A stretch of DNA of 64,000 bases from positions 357,690 through 421,689 of the forward strand of contig JAKMXF010000354.1 of NCBI GenBank assembly GCA_024704765.1, written 5' to 3'. The stretch is from Oopsacas minuta (taxonomy: Eukaryota > Animalia > Porifera). The position numbers were made by a program, and so were the translations under genes. This document shows positions 12,162 to 23,700 of this stretch, piece after piece; the first letter of the stretch is position 1; each line of letters opens with the position of its first letter. Below the pieces are notes generated by a model. It ran no database searches. It worked only from the letters and a program-made list of their open reading frames with translations, and was not told the DNA's origin.

Positions 12162-15100
12162 TTACAGATCAGCAATTGAGTGACTCCAAACTCCTTTACT
12201 GACGTCATAATCTAGTTTCAGTTCTCGAATTCCAGGTTTAACATCCAACTGAATTTCAAAATCTGGTTCATTGTAATGTCCATGGAAGACTAGGACTAGA
12301 GTTAACTGGGATCCTGCTATAGCATTGAGCTTGCAAGTGAATGGCTCTTTATCTATTTTATTCTCTCCCTCCTGATTCGGTAACTTTGTGTAGAGCGCTA
12401 TATAAGAATAAATATAAAAGAATATATCGAATTTAAAATGTATTTCTCAATTGGACAAATGTATTGTAAGGAGTATAATAAATGTCCAAAATTAGACAAC
12501 TGTTAATTCCACCGTCCGCATCAAGTTTCGATCATACACAAATATAGCAATTATTATCCACAATGGCGGGGCGTTAGTAGGTGGTGTAAATGCACGACAT
12601 TGTTATGCAAGGCTGGCCACGCCACTGGCAATATGTAAAATAATGTAATTTGGTTACATAAGGTAAGAACATAATAATAACAAATAAGATAAAGAGTATG
12701 ATATGATTCAGCGTATCTAAAATTAATTATTCTAAAAAGTTCTATTTTAAAATTAGAAATTATACCACTACCACACTTAAGGAATTAACGTATTTAGGAT
12801 ATGAATAATTTGTGCACGAATACGTTATGAAATAATTAGATAATATAATGTAATGCCGTCAGGAGGCTAACAGGGAAATCTAATCGATCTGAAATAATTT
12901 CAACTTTATTAAGACAATATTTTCTCTGTTAAAATATACAGCAAATTAGCTAATAGATGAAACTCTAATATTGTAGATACGTATGTATTAAGATGTAATT
13001 ATTAATGATAGAATTCTTTGCACTTTATTAATTGTAGACAGTACTGACGTACAGAATAGGACAGTAAATGCAATAAGAAAACTAATTAGCTAAAACATAA
13101 TTACTAGAATTAGAATATTTGTATCCAATTCTTGTGAGACTCAGAAACGATTACAATTCTACCAGACTTAGTTACGGCTACTCCCTTAGGAGTTTTCAAT
13201 ACAGTTCCTGTTCTAGGATCACTACCTATACTGCAGAACACGTCTCCATCAGGATGTGCAATATCTACTGTGTCGTTTTTCCAATTGCTAATTAGGAAAT
13301 TACCCATACAGTCAATGGTGAAGTGTTGGGGAGATTCAATAGTAAAGCTAGAATGTAGTAAATGTATGTCTGATATAAGTCTTCCTGACTTGTTGAACTT
13401 ATGCAAACACGGCCTACTATAGTCCACTACGTACACGAAATCTTGGTAAACTTTAACGTCTGATGGATGAATAAGATTGCTTCCGAATTTTCTGAGGAAA
13501 TTAAGATCTGAAGAGTAGACTAGCACAGAATTGAGCTTAGCATCTGTCAGGTATACTTCTCCAGTGAATGCGTCTACAGTAATACCGAGAGGTCTTCGTG
13601 GCTGATCTTCTAAATTGAAATTGACATCGTGTAGGCTCTTAATGTATACGGGATGAGAAGTACAATCATATTTGAACACATTATGCAAGGTTGCGTCAGC
13701 TACATAGATACTGTTTTGAAAATATGCTATTCCACACGGCTCTTTAAGTCTCTTGCTGTCGAACTCGTTAATAAATTCACATTCCATAGAGAAGATTTGG
13801 ATTCTATGGTTACCCGTATCCAAAACGAAAATTCTTTCTGAATCATCGTCAACAGCTACACCTGTCGGGCGATTAAATACACTAGAAATGCTTCCGACTT
13901 TCCCAATCGATGTAATGGCTTGTTTTGACGTAGAATATTTTGGAACAACTTGTTGGATAATTCTTCCTAAATTAGAGATTTTTCGTAAAATTTCGTTAGT
14001 ATTACAGAAAAAATTGACATAGCCTTGTTCCTTCTCGTCCAATTCAAGACGTAGCTTTTCATCATTAATCTGCTCTGATATCTTACTCTGAATATGTTCC
14101 AATTTGTTAACCTTAAACGAGCTTAAAACACTTTCTAAACTCTCAATTTTTTGTAAAGTATCCATTCTCTCAATTTCTTTATTTGTTAAATCGATTTTCA
14201 ATTGTTTAACTATGGACAGCAATTCAGATCTTCTTCTTTCAACGCTACTTATTATATTATCGAATTTCTGTTCGATCTGTTTCTCAATTTCTTCAATTTG
14301 GCCTTCCATATTCATGTAAACCATACATGTCGCCATTTTATTATAAATATAAATGTAATGAGTTTTCTTATTGATTGTAACTTCTAGAATATCAGTGGCT
14401 ATTTATCTATTTTGTGCAGTTTCAGTTTAACTAAGAATTGGCCTACTGGATTAATCAATTAGATGGTAATTGGACACTGTTCAAAGGAAAACGAATGTGC
14501 AAAGAACTTTATTTTATTTCTCTTAATAAGCGTGCAAAGCAAACAGCTACGCAAATAAGAATGAATAAATACCTGCTGACTGGCATAGTACTCAATTGTA
14601 AACTAAATAAATAAACATTCAATCAATTACAGAATATCATAATGTTGTCCAGAATTAGAACAGTAAGTAAATAATATGCGCAATCAGCAATCAGCAATCA
14701 GTATCTTGAAATTATATTAATTTATGATATCTGAATTTGAATTCTAATCAGATGGATAATCGCATATCTTCTAAAGATAAATTGATAACTTATTAGCAAA
14801 AGAACTGCAGTTTGATCAGACCATGTCAACCAGTAGGCGCAATTCATATTGATAAGATACAAATGTTGTTAGCATAATTGAAAGTTGGATAAAATTACAA
14901 TACTTATTGGAGAAGTATTATTAGTAAATAGTAACTAAGAGAATAGCATAGCAAGCTAACTAGCATGTACAGTTATTTGCAGTGGCTAGAGGATGAAGTT
15001 TCGAGTTCACATTCAAAACCATTGTATTGGCTGTGTTTGGTGTATTTTATACAGTTTTTATTATGTACTCGCTTTCCCATGGGTGTTGTGCTGGCGCGGA

Positions 15101-17848
15101 TTGAAGAGCAAACCTTGTAAGAAATACTGTACAGTTTGTTCAACAGGATTAGTAAATGGAATGATCAGTATTGTAACATGTTGTGGACTCGCGTATATAC
15201 TCACAAGATGTTGTATCAGAAATGCAGCGGATACAGAAATCACTGATGGTACAGCACCGAATTGTACAACCAATCAAGAAGATGTGTAAGGAACTGTAAA
15301 GACATTTTGGGACTGAGGAGGCGAAATTATGAGGAAGAAGTGCGGATACAGAACTGGTTTGTATTAAATATATATGATAATTTTTAAACAAATGAACAAT
15401 CATTTTGTTACTACTCATTTATTCGACAAGATAAATTATAGAATTTAAATGGATATGAAGAAAATATTCAATTACACTATAAGTGTTGGCAATAATTGAT
15501 TTCACAGCCCCCTTTAGTAATGGATATTTGTGATATCAAACAGATTTACCTCATAACAATTGATTCTAACTAGCTAACCTTGTATAATAGAATAAGGAAT
15601 GTCTTCGAATACATCTAAGCCTTGGAACCTGAATTCCCAATCATTTGTCATAGAAATTTGTGAGAAAGACAGCTTAGCACGTCTTTTCAATTTGAAACTA
15701 GGAATTGGAATCTTGAGTTCGTCTTCCACCAATTTTTTCTACAAACCACGATATAAAACACCTCAAATCAAAAGAACAGCTACACATATAATATAGCCTA
15801 CCATGAACACATCACACATACTGTGTACATTAATGGTAGCTAGATTGTATAGAGGAGTTTTCTGAAGATTACAAATAACTAATTTTCCTCTATTGGAGCC
15901 TACAGTAGCGGGTATAGTTGCTGCAGGCTGTACAGTAAGACTGGAGCCTAGCACTACACAGACGTCTGCTTTCCCTCCGTGATCAAATGCTGATTTTATT
16001 TCATTCTCAGGCAGTTGCTCTCCAAAGTTAATGATTGAGTCTAGTAGGATATTTCCGCAAGCTGGGTCATCACAACGACGAGTAGTCTCATGGTTAAACA
16101 CACCGAACTAAAGAGAACATCAAACAATCAAAATATGCCTAGTCAGATATCTTTTCAGTATAAATAAGAAATAACTTACTGCCTCACGTGTCTCGAAGTC
16201 TCTGAGATACTGAACACCACAAACAGAACAAGATTCAAGATTAGTATTACCATGTAACTCTGCAAGTTGTTTCGGATTCATACCGCTTCTCCTATGCAAA
16301 CCATCTACATTCTGAGAAACAGTGAACTTGATGAGGCCTGCTTCATGCAGAGCTACCATTGACATGTGTGTAACGGTTGGTAATGCACTGATTAGCTTAA
16401 CTGGCTTACTGCGACGAGAATGCGCCTGTCCATGTGCTCTCAGCTCCCAGACGCCAGGACCTAATAGAAATAGATATGGTGTACAGTAAACTCATGTATT
16501 TTGAAGCTCAATAGACTGCGACAATTACTTTAGCATAACCGATGACATTTATATTACTTTGACGAGTCTGGAACCATATTTGTACCATTTCAGACCTCGA
16601 TATATCCGTGTTCGATATAATGGGAATTGACTCGCTGTAATTATAAAAATGTACATGCTACGTATGGTCATACTATGATTTATAATAAAATTAAATAATG
16701 TATAGCTCTCCTACCTGTCTCCAACATAGTATTCATACCACTCCTGAAGTCTGGTATCCCTGCACTTGTACTGATACCAGCTCCTGTGAAGAATATCACA
16801 TGTTTCCCCTCTCTGATAAATTTAGCTACCATTTTAACTTTCTTATCCAAATCCTTAGCAGAGTCTACAAATTCTTTCTTCTGCTCCTCATCCTCTATGT
16901 TGTACTGCCTGCCTGCACCAGAATTAGCACCAGGTTTAGAACCAGGGATAACAGGGCCATCTCTCACGACTGTCTCAGTGGGTTTAAGTTTGTCTTTCAT
17001 ATTTCCAAGTTTTTGTTGAAATTCCTGAGTAGACTCTACAAGAGGTCTACATGCTTCTTCCTAAATAATATTCTAGAATAAAAACTAATGACAATAATGG
17101 ATTCAGTGTTTACCTTTCCACTAGAAGCAGTATCACCAGTATTCGAAGCTATTTTCCCACCAGTTGCAGCAGGAGGCTTATTTCCTACCTTTTTATCAAT
17201 TGACTCTTGTACCGTTCCGATAACCATCTCCATCATCTTATCCATTGCTTCTTCTTGCTTCTTATCCATTATTTCTGCCTGTTCTACTGTAGAAAGATAT
17301 CCTCCTCTCCTGGTGAGTACATTAACAGCCAATTTACCAGTAGATCCTCCTTCCCAGTTCAGTAAGTACTGAGTAGAATCATCACATTTACTCTAAATAT
17401 AAGAGGATAATCCAATAAACAATAAGGCATAAAATCCTAAACTTACCAGATCAGGAATACTCTCCAATGGATAAGGATAAACCAGACAATACTTCAGATT
17501 AACACAGCTCATAATAACAATTCTCTGCAGCTGATTTGGCTTTTTAAGTTGCAATACAACTCCATCGGTAGCCTCAATAGTGACAGTGTGTAGTTGGTGA
17601 ACAACATCAGGAACAAGGATGATATCTTTACACTTGTATACTTCCAATAGAGAAGACATAACCTTTACATTTACTACTATCTTACAGCCAATACTCTTCT
17701 CGATATACAACTTCCCAATCTGTTTGTTGATTATGAATGTACAGCCCTGACATCTGGATATATACACCATGTTGGATGGTTTTTCGCTTTCTACATTAAT
17801 TTCCTTATCTTTCTGAGAAGTGTACTCTATAAGCTTTCTTGACGACAT
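12162..17848 (-). CDS. C-CAP/cofactor C-like domain fused to a class IV (SIRT6/7-like) sirtuin, 669 aa, 7 exons
   Basis: Exons 17848-17447, 17392-17114, 17060-16715, 16460-16180, 16107-15802, 15738-15579, 12397-12162 sum to 2010 nt with compatible phases. Sirtuin motifs FFTGAGISTSAGIPDFR, TGPGVWE, SQNVDGLH, ELHGN, DSIINFGE, VLGSSLTVQPA, CNLQKT. Last exon has EPF..VFHGHYNEP..YDVSKGVW. Confidence 0.85.
13110..14336 (-). CDS. Coiled-coil + NHL beta-propeller protein (TRIM71/brat-like C-terminal half, no RING or B-box), intronless
   Basis: N-terminal heptad region followed by NHL repeats (FNRPTGVAVD..IFVLDTGNHRIQIF; PLGITVD..VYLTD; LKTPKGVAV). Lies inside the last sirtuin intron on the same strand. 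Confidence 0.88.
   Translation of the reverse strand: MATCMVYMNMEGQIEEIEKQIEQKFDNIISSVERRRSELLSIVKQLKIDLTNKEIERMDTLQKIESLESVLSSFKVNKLEHIQSKISEQINDEKLRLELDEKEQGYVNFFCNTNEILRKISNLGRIIQQVVPKYSTSKQAITSIGKVGSISSVFNRPTGVAVDDDSERIFVLDTGNHRIQIFSMECEFINEFDSKRLKEPCGIAYFQNSIYVADATLHNVFKYDCTSHPVYIKSLHDVNFNLEDQPRRPLGITVDAFTGEVYLTDAKLNSVLVYSSDLNFLRKFGSNLIHPSDVKVYQDFVYVVDYSRPCLHKFNKSGRLISDIHLLHSSFTIESPQHFTIDCMGNFLISNWKNDTVDIAHPDGDVFCSIGSDPRTGTVLKTPKGVAVTKSGRIVIVSESHKNWIQIF
14993..15289 (+). CDS. Small Cys-rich putative membrane protein, 98 aa, function unknown
   Basis: ATG-initiated ORF with two hydrophobic stretches and many Cys (CC pairs). A tttgcag acceptor-like site lies 10 nt before the ATG, as in neighbouring real genes. 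No family recognised. Confidence 0.45.
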   Translation: MKFRVHIQNHCIGCVWCILYSFYYVLAFPWVLCWRGLKSKPCKKYCTVCSTGLVNGMISIVTCCGLAYILTRCCIRNAADTEITDGTAPNCTTNQEDV

Positions 17849-18123
17849 CCTGAATAATTTTCTAATTCCTGAACGAGCAAACTAATGATTATGTATAGTA
17901 CGTATTATATCTAACTAGTATTTATAGATTTTAATATTGAATACTTTCTATAATAAAATGCAATACAAAACTAGTAACAAGTTATGCTAGCAAAAGGAAG
18001 ATACAGAACCTGAGCCTGATTTTATAGAAGAGAATTGCTTAACGTATATACGTAGGCAAATATGCATGTATAATATCAGGTAATATATACATATTAGTAA
18101 GCTGATCTCAGCTTGTGTCTGCA

Positions 18124-18687
18124 CTATTTAATTCTATGAACTGATCTCAGCCTATGTGAGGCAGGCTCATCTTCAGAATCTAGTAAGATAGGAGAATCAG
18201 GAGGTTGAGAATGAGAGAAGTAAGGAGGAAGAGAGAATTCATTTGGCTCATCAGATAAAGGAAATGGATTGAGTTCATTACCTGCTAACAAATCGAGATC
18301 ATACCATTCAGACACTCTATCCCATAGAGTGTCGACAGTACAGAGAATACCCGAGTTTTTAGAAAATGCATCATGGATACATAACATATGGAAATACTTG
18401 TTGCTACCAACCAACTTATGGTTTTGTAATGCATACAACAGGGCTAGGTCTAACTCAGGTGTCCAGTCTATCTTGGTCAGAATAGCAACTGGTTTTTGAT
18501 CAACTTCAGATATAATTAATTCTTCATCTAATTCCTTACCTGACACACCCTCCTTCAATTCTGTATTTGTTGGAGGTGATTTGTCAGCTGACGGCTCGTG
18601 AGTACTAGAGTGAGGGGATTCAGGGTTAGTAAGGGAGTTTGGTTCACTTATCATAATTGTTGTGATTTGTGAATCATCTTTAGACAT
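18124..18687 (-). CDS. MRGBP: MRG/MORF4L-binding protein (Eaf7/CT20 family, NuA4 subunit)
   Basis: WTPELDLALLYALQNHKLVGSNKYFHMLCI..LWDRVSEWYDL..PFP..EFSLP matches the CT20 signature. Confidence 0.85.
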   Translation of the reverse strand: MSKDDSQITTIMISEPNSLTNPESPHSSTHEPSADKSPPTNTELKEGVSGKELDEELIISEVDQKPVAILTKIDWTPELDLALLYALQNHKLVGSNKYFHMLCIHDAFSKNSGILCTVDTLWDRVSEWYDLDLLAGNELNPFPLSDEPNEFSLPPYFSHSQPPDSPILLDSEDEPASHRLRSVHRIK

Positions 18688-19017
18688 TATTAAATTCTAA
18701 TATTCGGTGTCAATATTTATACATGCATTGTTGGAACAAAAATTTCCCAAATACTACACTACAAAATTATAACTAGTCATTTCATTATATTATTTAATCT
18801 CTAAAAATAGATTCCTAATTATTAACATATATGTATAATATTATTAATTGAATAAGGAAATGTTTGAAAAATCTGTAACTAGTCCACAAATTATAAGTTC
18901 TATGTATAAAATTCCAGGTTTAAAGATTCGTCATTGAGAATTTGAGTACAGCTAGGGGAGATATAAACTGAAATTCATATATAGCAATCGGAGGTTTGCA
19001 TGTGGTGTGTGAATTAA

Positions 19018-20280
19018 TTAAGAAGGTGATCTTTCATAAAATAGCATGTAAGCTTGCGCTTTCTTAACCCGGTCTGGAGTGACGTGACGAACTGTCTCAT
19101 CTGAGCAGAAAACCCAAGATTTGGGGTCTCTCAATCTACAGTAGGATACGTAGTGACCAGTAGAGGAGTCCTCTCCTAGATGCTCAACTACTGACTTGAG
19201 GTTATATGTAGCACGAGAGGGAGTGGCAGATGAAATTGTTTGACTAGTGGGGAGAGAGAACGAAGGGTGAGAGAGGGAAGGTAGCTTTTGGTTTTTGAAA
19301 AGAGAGTTTGATTGAAACACACCCCCATTCAAATTAGAACATGGTCCTAGAGACATAGAGGATAGAAAATGAGGTTTAATCGGGTCTGCGTGTAAGTTCC
19401 CAAGATCCAGATTAATTGGGAAATCCACTTGTGTTTGAGTTTTATATAGGAAGCCATATGGATGGAATTGAGTACGTTGTAGATGAATACAAAGACATTG
19501 TGGTATCTTTCCCAGACAAGTTTTGTAAGCACAACTAGTTCTGCTATAATCATTACGTAATGCACACAAACGACACTCCACCATATCTACTCTACTAGTC
19601 TGTAGATAGTGAGATATGAGTTGACTAAGAGGTACTACACCCCCTGTATAAATATTAGGTAATTCAAGGGATATACTAAGAACTGATTGGTAGCGGGATG
19701 GCTTACGTGTGTGACAGAGAGAACAAGTTATGTCAGTGAATATTGTACCGTGGAAAGGGAGAGGAGTTATACTCTTGTTCAGTGCCATAAAACCGATATG
19801 TTTAGAGAACTGAACTCCGGGAATTGAAACCGGATCAAGTCTAGGCATGAGAAGTAGGTTTGAGAGAGTTGTTTCTTGCTGGTGAGCTTTGGAACGTTCG
19901 TACTGTAAGGTAGAAGCAAGGAATTGAAAGAATTCATGTGCATCTTGTTGCTCGTGAAGTGAACGCTTCCATCCACTATGCATTAGCGTAGAGAAGAGTT
20001 TATCTGTAGCATGGGGCTGTGAAGTAGAAGAGTGCATTTTATGTAGCAATTCTGATAGTACAACATGCACCTGTCCACCTAGATTCTCATCTGAACTTAG
20101 CCAATCATCAAACGAATTTAAAGATACCAAACTCTGAATAACACTATTCAAAAAGCAGGTGTTGCCATGATTCAGCAAACCTGTTCTGGATTTTGAGCTA
20201 TGAGATTGACCAAAGATGAGAGAATCAAGACTTGTGAGGAGAGATTGGATGGGAGAGGCAATTGAAGTGACGTAATCCAT
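19018..20280 (-). CDS. USP30: Ubiquitin-specific protease, USP30-like, intronless
   Basis: Cys box GLLNHGNTCFLNS, QQDAHE, PFHG, PQCLCIHLQR, His box HLGEDSSTGHYVSY, AYMLFYER. Confidence 0.8.
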   Translation of the reverse strand: MDYVTSIASPIQSLLTSLDSLIFGQSHSSKSRTGLLNHGNTCFLNSVIQSLVSLNSFDDWLSSDENLGGQVHVVLSELLHKMHSSTSQPHATDKLFSTLMHSGWKRSLHEQQDAHEFFQFLASTLQYERSKAHQQETTLSNLLLMPRLDPVSIPGVQFSKHIGFMALNKSITPLPFHGTIFTDITCSLCHTRKPSRYQSVLSISLELPNIYTGGVVPLSQLISHYLQTSRVDMVECRLCALRNDYSRTSCAYKTCLGKIPQCLCIHLQRTQFHPYGFLYKTQTQVDFPINLDLGNLHADPIKPHFLSSMSLGPCSNLNGGVFQSNSLFKNQKLPSLSHPSFSLPTSQTISSATPSRATYNLKSVVEHLGEDSSTGHYVSYCRLRDPKSWVFCSDETVRHVTPDRVKKAQAYMLFYERSPS

Positions 20281-20724
20281 TAACAGCAGAATCTTTTGTT
20301 ATAGAACAATACTATACTCACTACTCAGTAAATAATGAAATTTAAATTTAATTCCTAAATAATTTAGAAATTGGGGAATAGAAGATCAAAGTGTTAAATG
20401 GCATTATATAATTATTAATTAATTAAAATACTCTCAATACAGTATGAAAATTAAAAACTGAATTAAGAAGCAAAGAAAATAATAGCGAACTGCTGATAAT
20501 TAAATTTTTGTAACGAATACATAAATCGATTTATAGACATATCACAATTTTATGCACATGTAAAACGTAAGATACGGTATTAAAGAAAAAGAATTCGAAA
20601 AAGACAAAGCAAATAATTATTTCATTATACAACTACAACCAATACGCTCACGAGACTTTGCTACATAATGAGTATATATATAAAGTACATACAAATGCTG
20701 AATCTGAATATGGAAAAGTGAAGA

Positions 20725-23700
20725 ATGATCAAAGTTGCAGGTCAAGATATAATACAAGTTACATTGGAAGAGTTAACGTCATCAATTGATACATTGAAAA
20801 CTACTAACTACCATGAGGTAGAGGAGTATAGGGAACATCTAAACCATTTAGATGTAGTGAGACTAGCAGCTAGCTCACTCATACAAACAGATACAGTTAG
20901 ATCAATAGGGTCTAGTGAAAACTTAATTCAATATAAAATGGATATGAGTAAACTCATGCAATTTACTTGTCTCATTTGTATTTGGGAGGATATGGCAGGT
21001 GTGCTATTAAGCTATACAACTGATATGAGAATATCTTTAGAATCACAGAAACAGTGCTACAAATCATTAAGAGATATGGTCAGGTACTCTCTTAATGATA
21101 CTCAGCTATTCTCGGTTATGTTCAGAAAATTGGAATATACATTCCTAAGAATAGATAATCCCGCTCAGAACAATATAGACTCAGATAATTCTGAATTAGT
21201 AGGGGACTTAGGGAAGAGGTGGAATAACAATAGAGATTGCAGTTTCGATATCGTCTCTAATAACATGCAATACTGGAATAACAATGATATTAAGAAATTA
21301 AAGTTAGCTCTTCAAAGAGAAAAGAGAGTTTTATGTGTGGAACAGCTAGCAATAAAATGCTATACATTTTGGCGTCAGTTAATACCCACAGACATAGGAG
21401 ATGAAGAGAGTAAGGCAATGTCATTTCAAATTGGAGATAGATTGATTTTTCTACAGAGAGTATCGTGTGAATTGGTTAGAGGGATAGAAGTGTTATTCCG
21501 AATAATATCATGCTTAGAAAATGGACGATTAAACTCATTTGAAAAGATTGCATTTGATGTAATTGGTTCTGCATTTGTATTAATTGAGTTAGTCAATAGA
21601 ATATTGAAAAAGAAGTCAACAATCCCAAACAAAATAATTGAGTTTGTTTGGTTAGTTCTGGCAATCGAACCGAATCAACAATTATTAACAAACATACATG
21701 ACCTCCTTCATAAGGTTATCCCAAAATTTGTCAAAAGAGAGCTCGGATTTAATTCTGGGAATAGTCTAGAAGAGCTAATTGATTTCATCTTGTTCTACTG
21801 TACAAGATGTATACAGCAAGACAAAATGGATATCTGTAATGAAGTCACAAGTCTCTATAAATCTGTAATAGACATGTCAAGGAATTCACTACATTGTACT
21901 TTCATTAGTGAATGCTTTAGGTTTGCAGCATTTAGTATGAAATCGTCAATACACGACTCAGCTGATATTCTGGCTGTAATAACAAAGATTACAAATAAAT
22001 TATTCCACCCTTCAGACAGATACAGGAGTACAACTATTAAGTTGTTAGTTAATCTGTGTACAGAAATCTGTCTTGCTGGAGAGAATCCAGTTTCTTATCT
22101 TCAACTGTTAATAGATGTTGTTGCACCAATTGAAATCTGCAAATGTTCTCAGGGATTGACTCGGTTGGTAAGAGACTTTGTTATAGCTGTAACAATAAAA
22201 TTAAATAGAAACTGTATCTCAATTCATGATACAATACGAATACTTGTTCCCTCAGTCAGTCAGATAGTTAATCAGTTAAATAGAATTCCGAAGATAACAA
22301 GAGCATTACTCACAGTAGAATGCTGCACCAAGCTAATCACCCATGTATCAAGCATACACGATTTTGAAATACTACTATGCCATGGATTGCTGTTAATACA
22401 ACATGTTGTGCCAGATGAGTTGACAATTCAAAAAGCAAGTTGTTTCTTCAAGAAGTTAATAAATAGATTCCTGAATAGAAAAGATACGTATCTTCTCCAA
22501 CTTGCATACATAACATACGAAAAGTTCATCAAACAATTCCAAACTGAGTATGTTGAAATTAACACTCTTTTCTATTACCTATTAACGGAAGCTCCGCTGG
22601 CTAAAATATCCCACATATATCATGCTTGTCAAAGCCCTATCCTTGAGAATAAACGGCTATCAGGTCTACGCAGTATATTCTACTTACGGGCGATGGAGCC
22701 TGTTATACTTAAGATTTTCGCAGATATCTCTACTGCACTCTGTTTCATGCAAAATAACAAATATCAATCTCTCTCATATCCTATGGAAGATCTGATGTAT
22801 TCATTTGTTGCTGATATTCTAGAGGTTATACAGGCAGAACAAACTGAAATTCATATATGGAATCATTTGTATGAGAGGGTTATGCAAGTTAGCTTTATTT
22901 TCATAGGAACTGCAGATGCTGAATTGGATAATTCTAACTGTTACAAAGGGGATTTGCTACATCTGTTGGATGTAGAAATGCCAGTGCAACTGAGACAATT
23001 AATTGTTACAATAATGAAGAGAATTATCTATCTAGACATGGACGGATACTCTCAATTACAGAGCAAACTCGCCCAGCTAATGGTTAACTCAATGTATTTG
23101 AATAAAAATACACAAAAGAAAAGTGAAAATGATCATCTTCAATTTAACATGGTGAATGTACTTGAAAGTATACAAGAAAACCTCCTTGTAGATAAATTCA
23201 ACCAGAATACAATTAAAAAACTCATTTCATCTGGATATAGTAGCAAACTTTTCAAATACAACATACAGCAACAGGCTCAAACATACTCACATCATATTGC
23301 AACGAATGAGCAAAAACAAAATACATTTATATTATCTCATTACAGAGAATTTCAACATATTATAAAAACCCTCCACATTGGCGTGTACTGGTTCTCACAC
23401 AATAAAGTTTATGTACACGACATATTCAAAGGAGAACTCAGTCCTGAATTGTTTCAAGATAGATTGAGATATGCTAAGATGTATTTATTCAAATTCGTTA
23501 ACAAGGGTAAGAAATATTCACAACATTTGAAAGCGATACAAGCACTTGAACAAGAAAGGAATTATAAACATAATCTCAAAAGCAAAAATCTAATCAACAG
23601 TCGACACACTCTAACTATCACCCTTCTGACACAATTTTACCACACACTGATATCATCAAGTGACACAATCGACCACTCAATTAGACCACTAGGAGCACAT

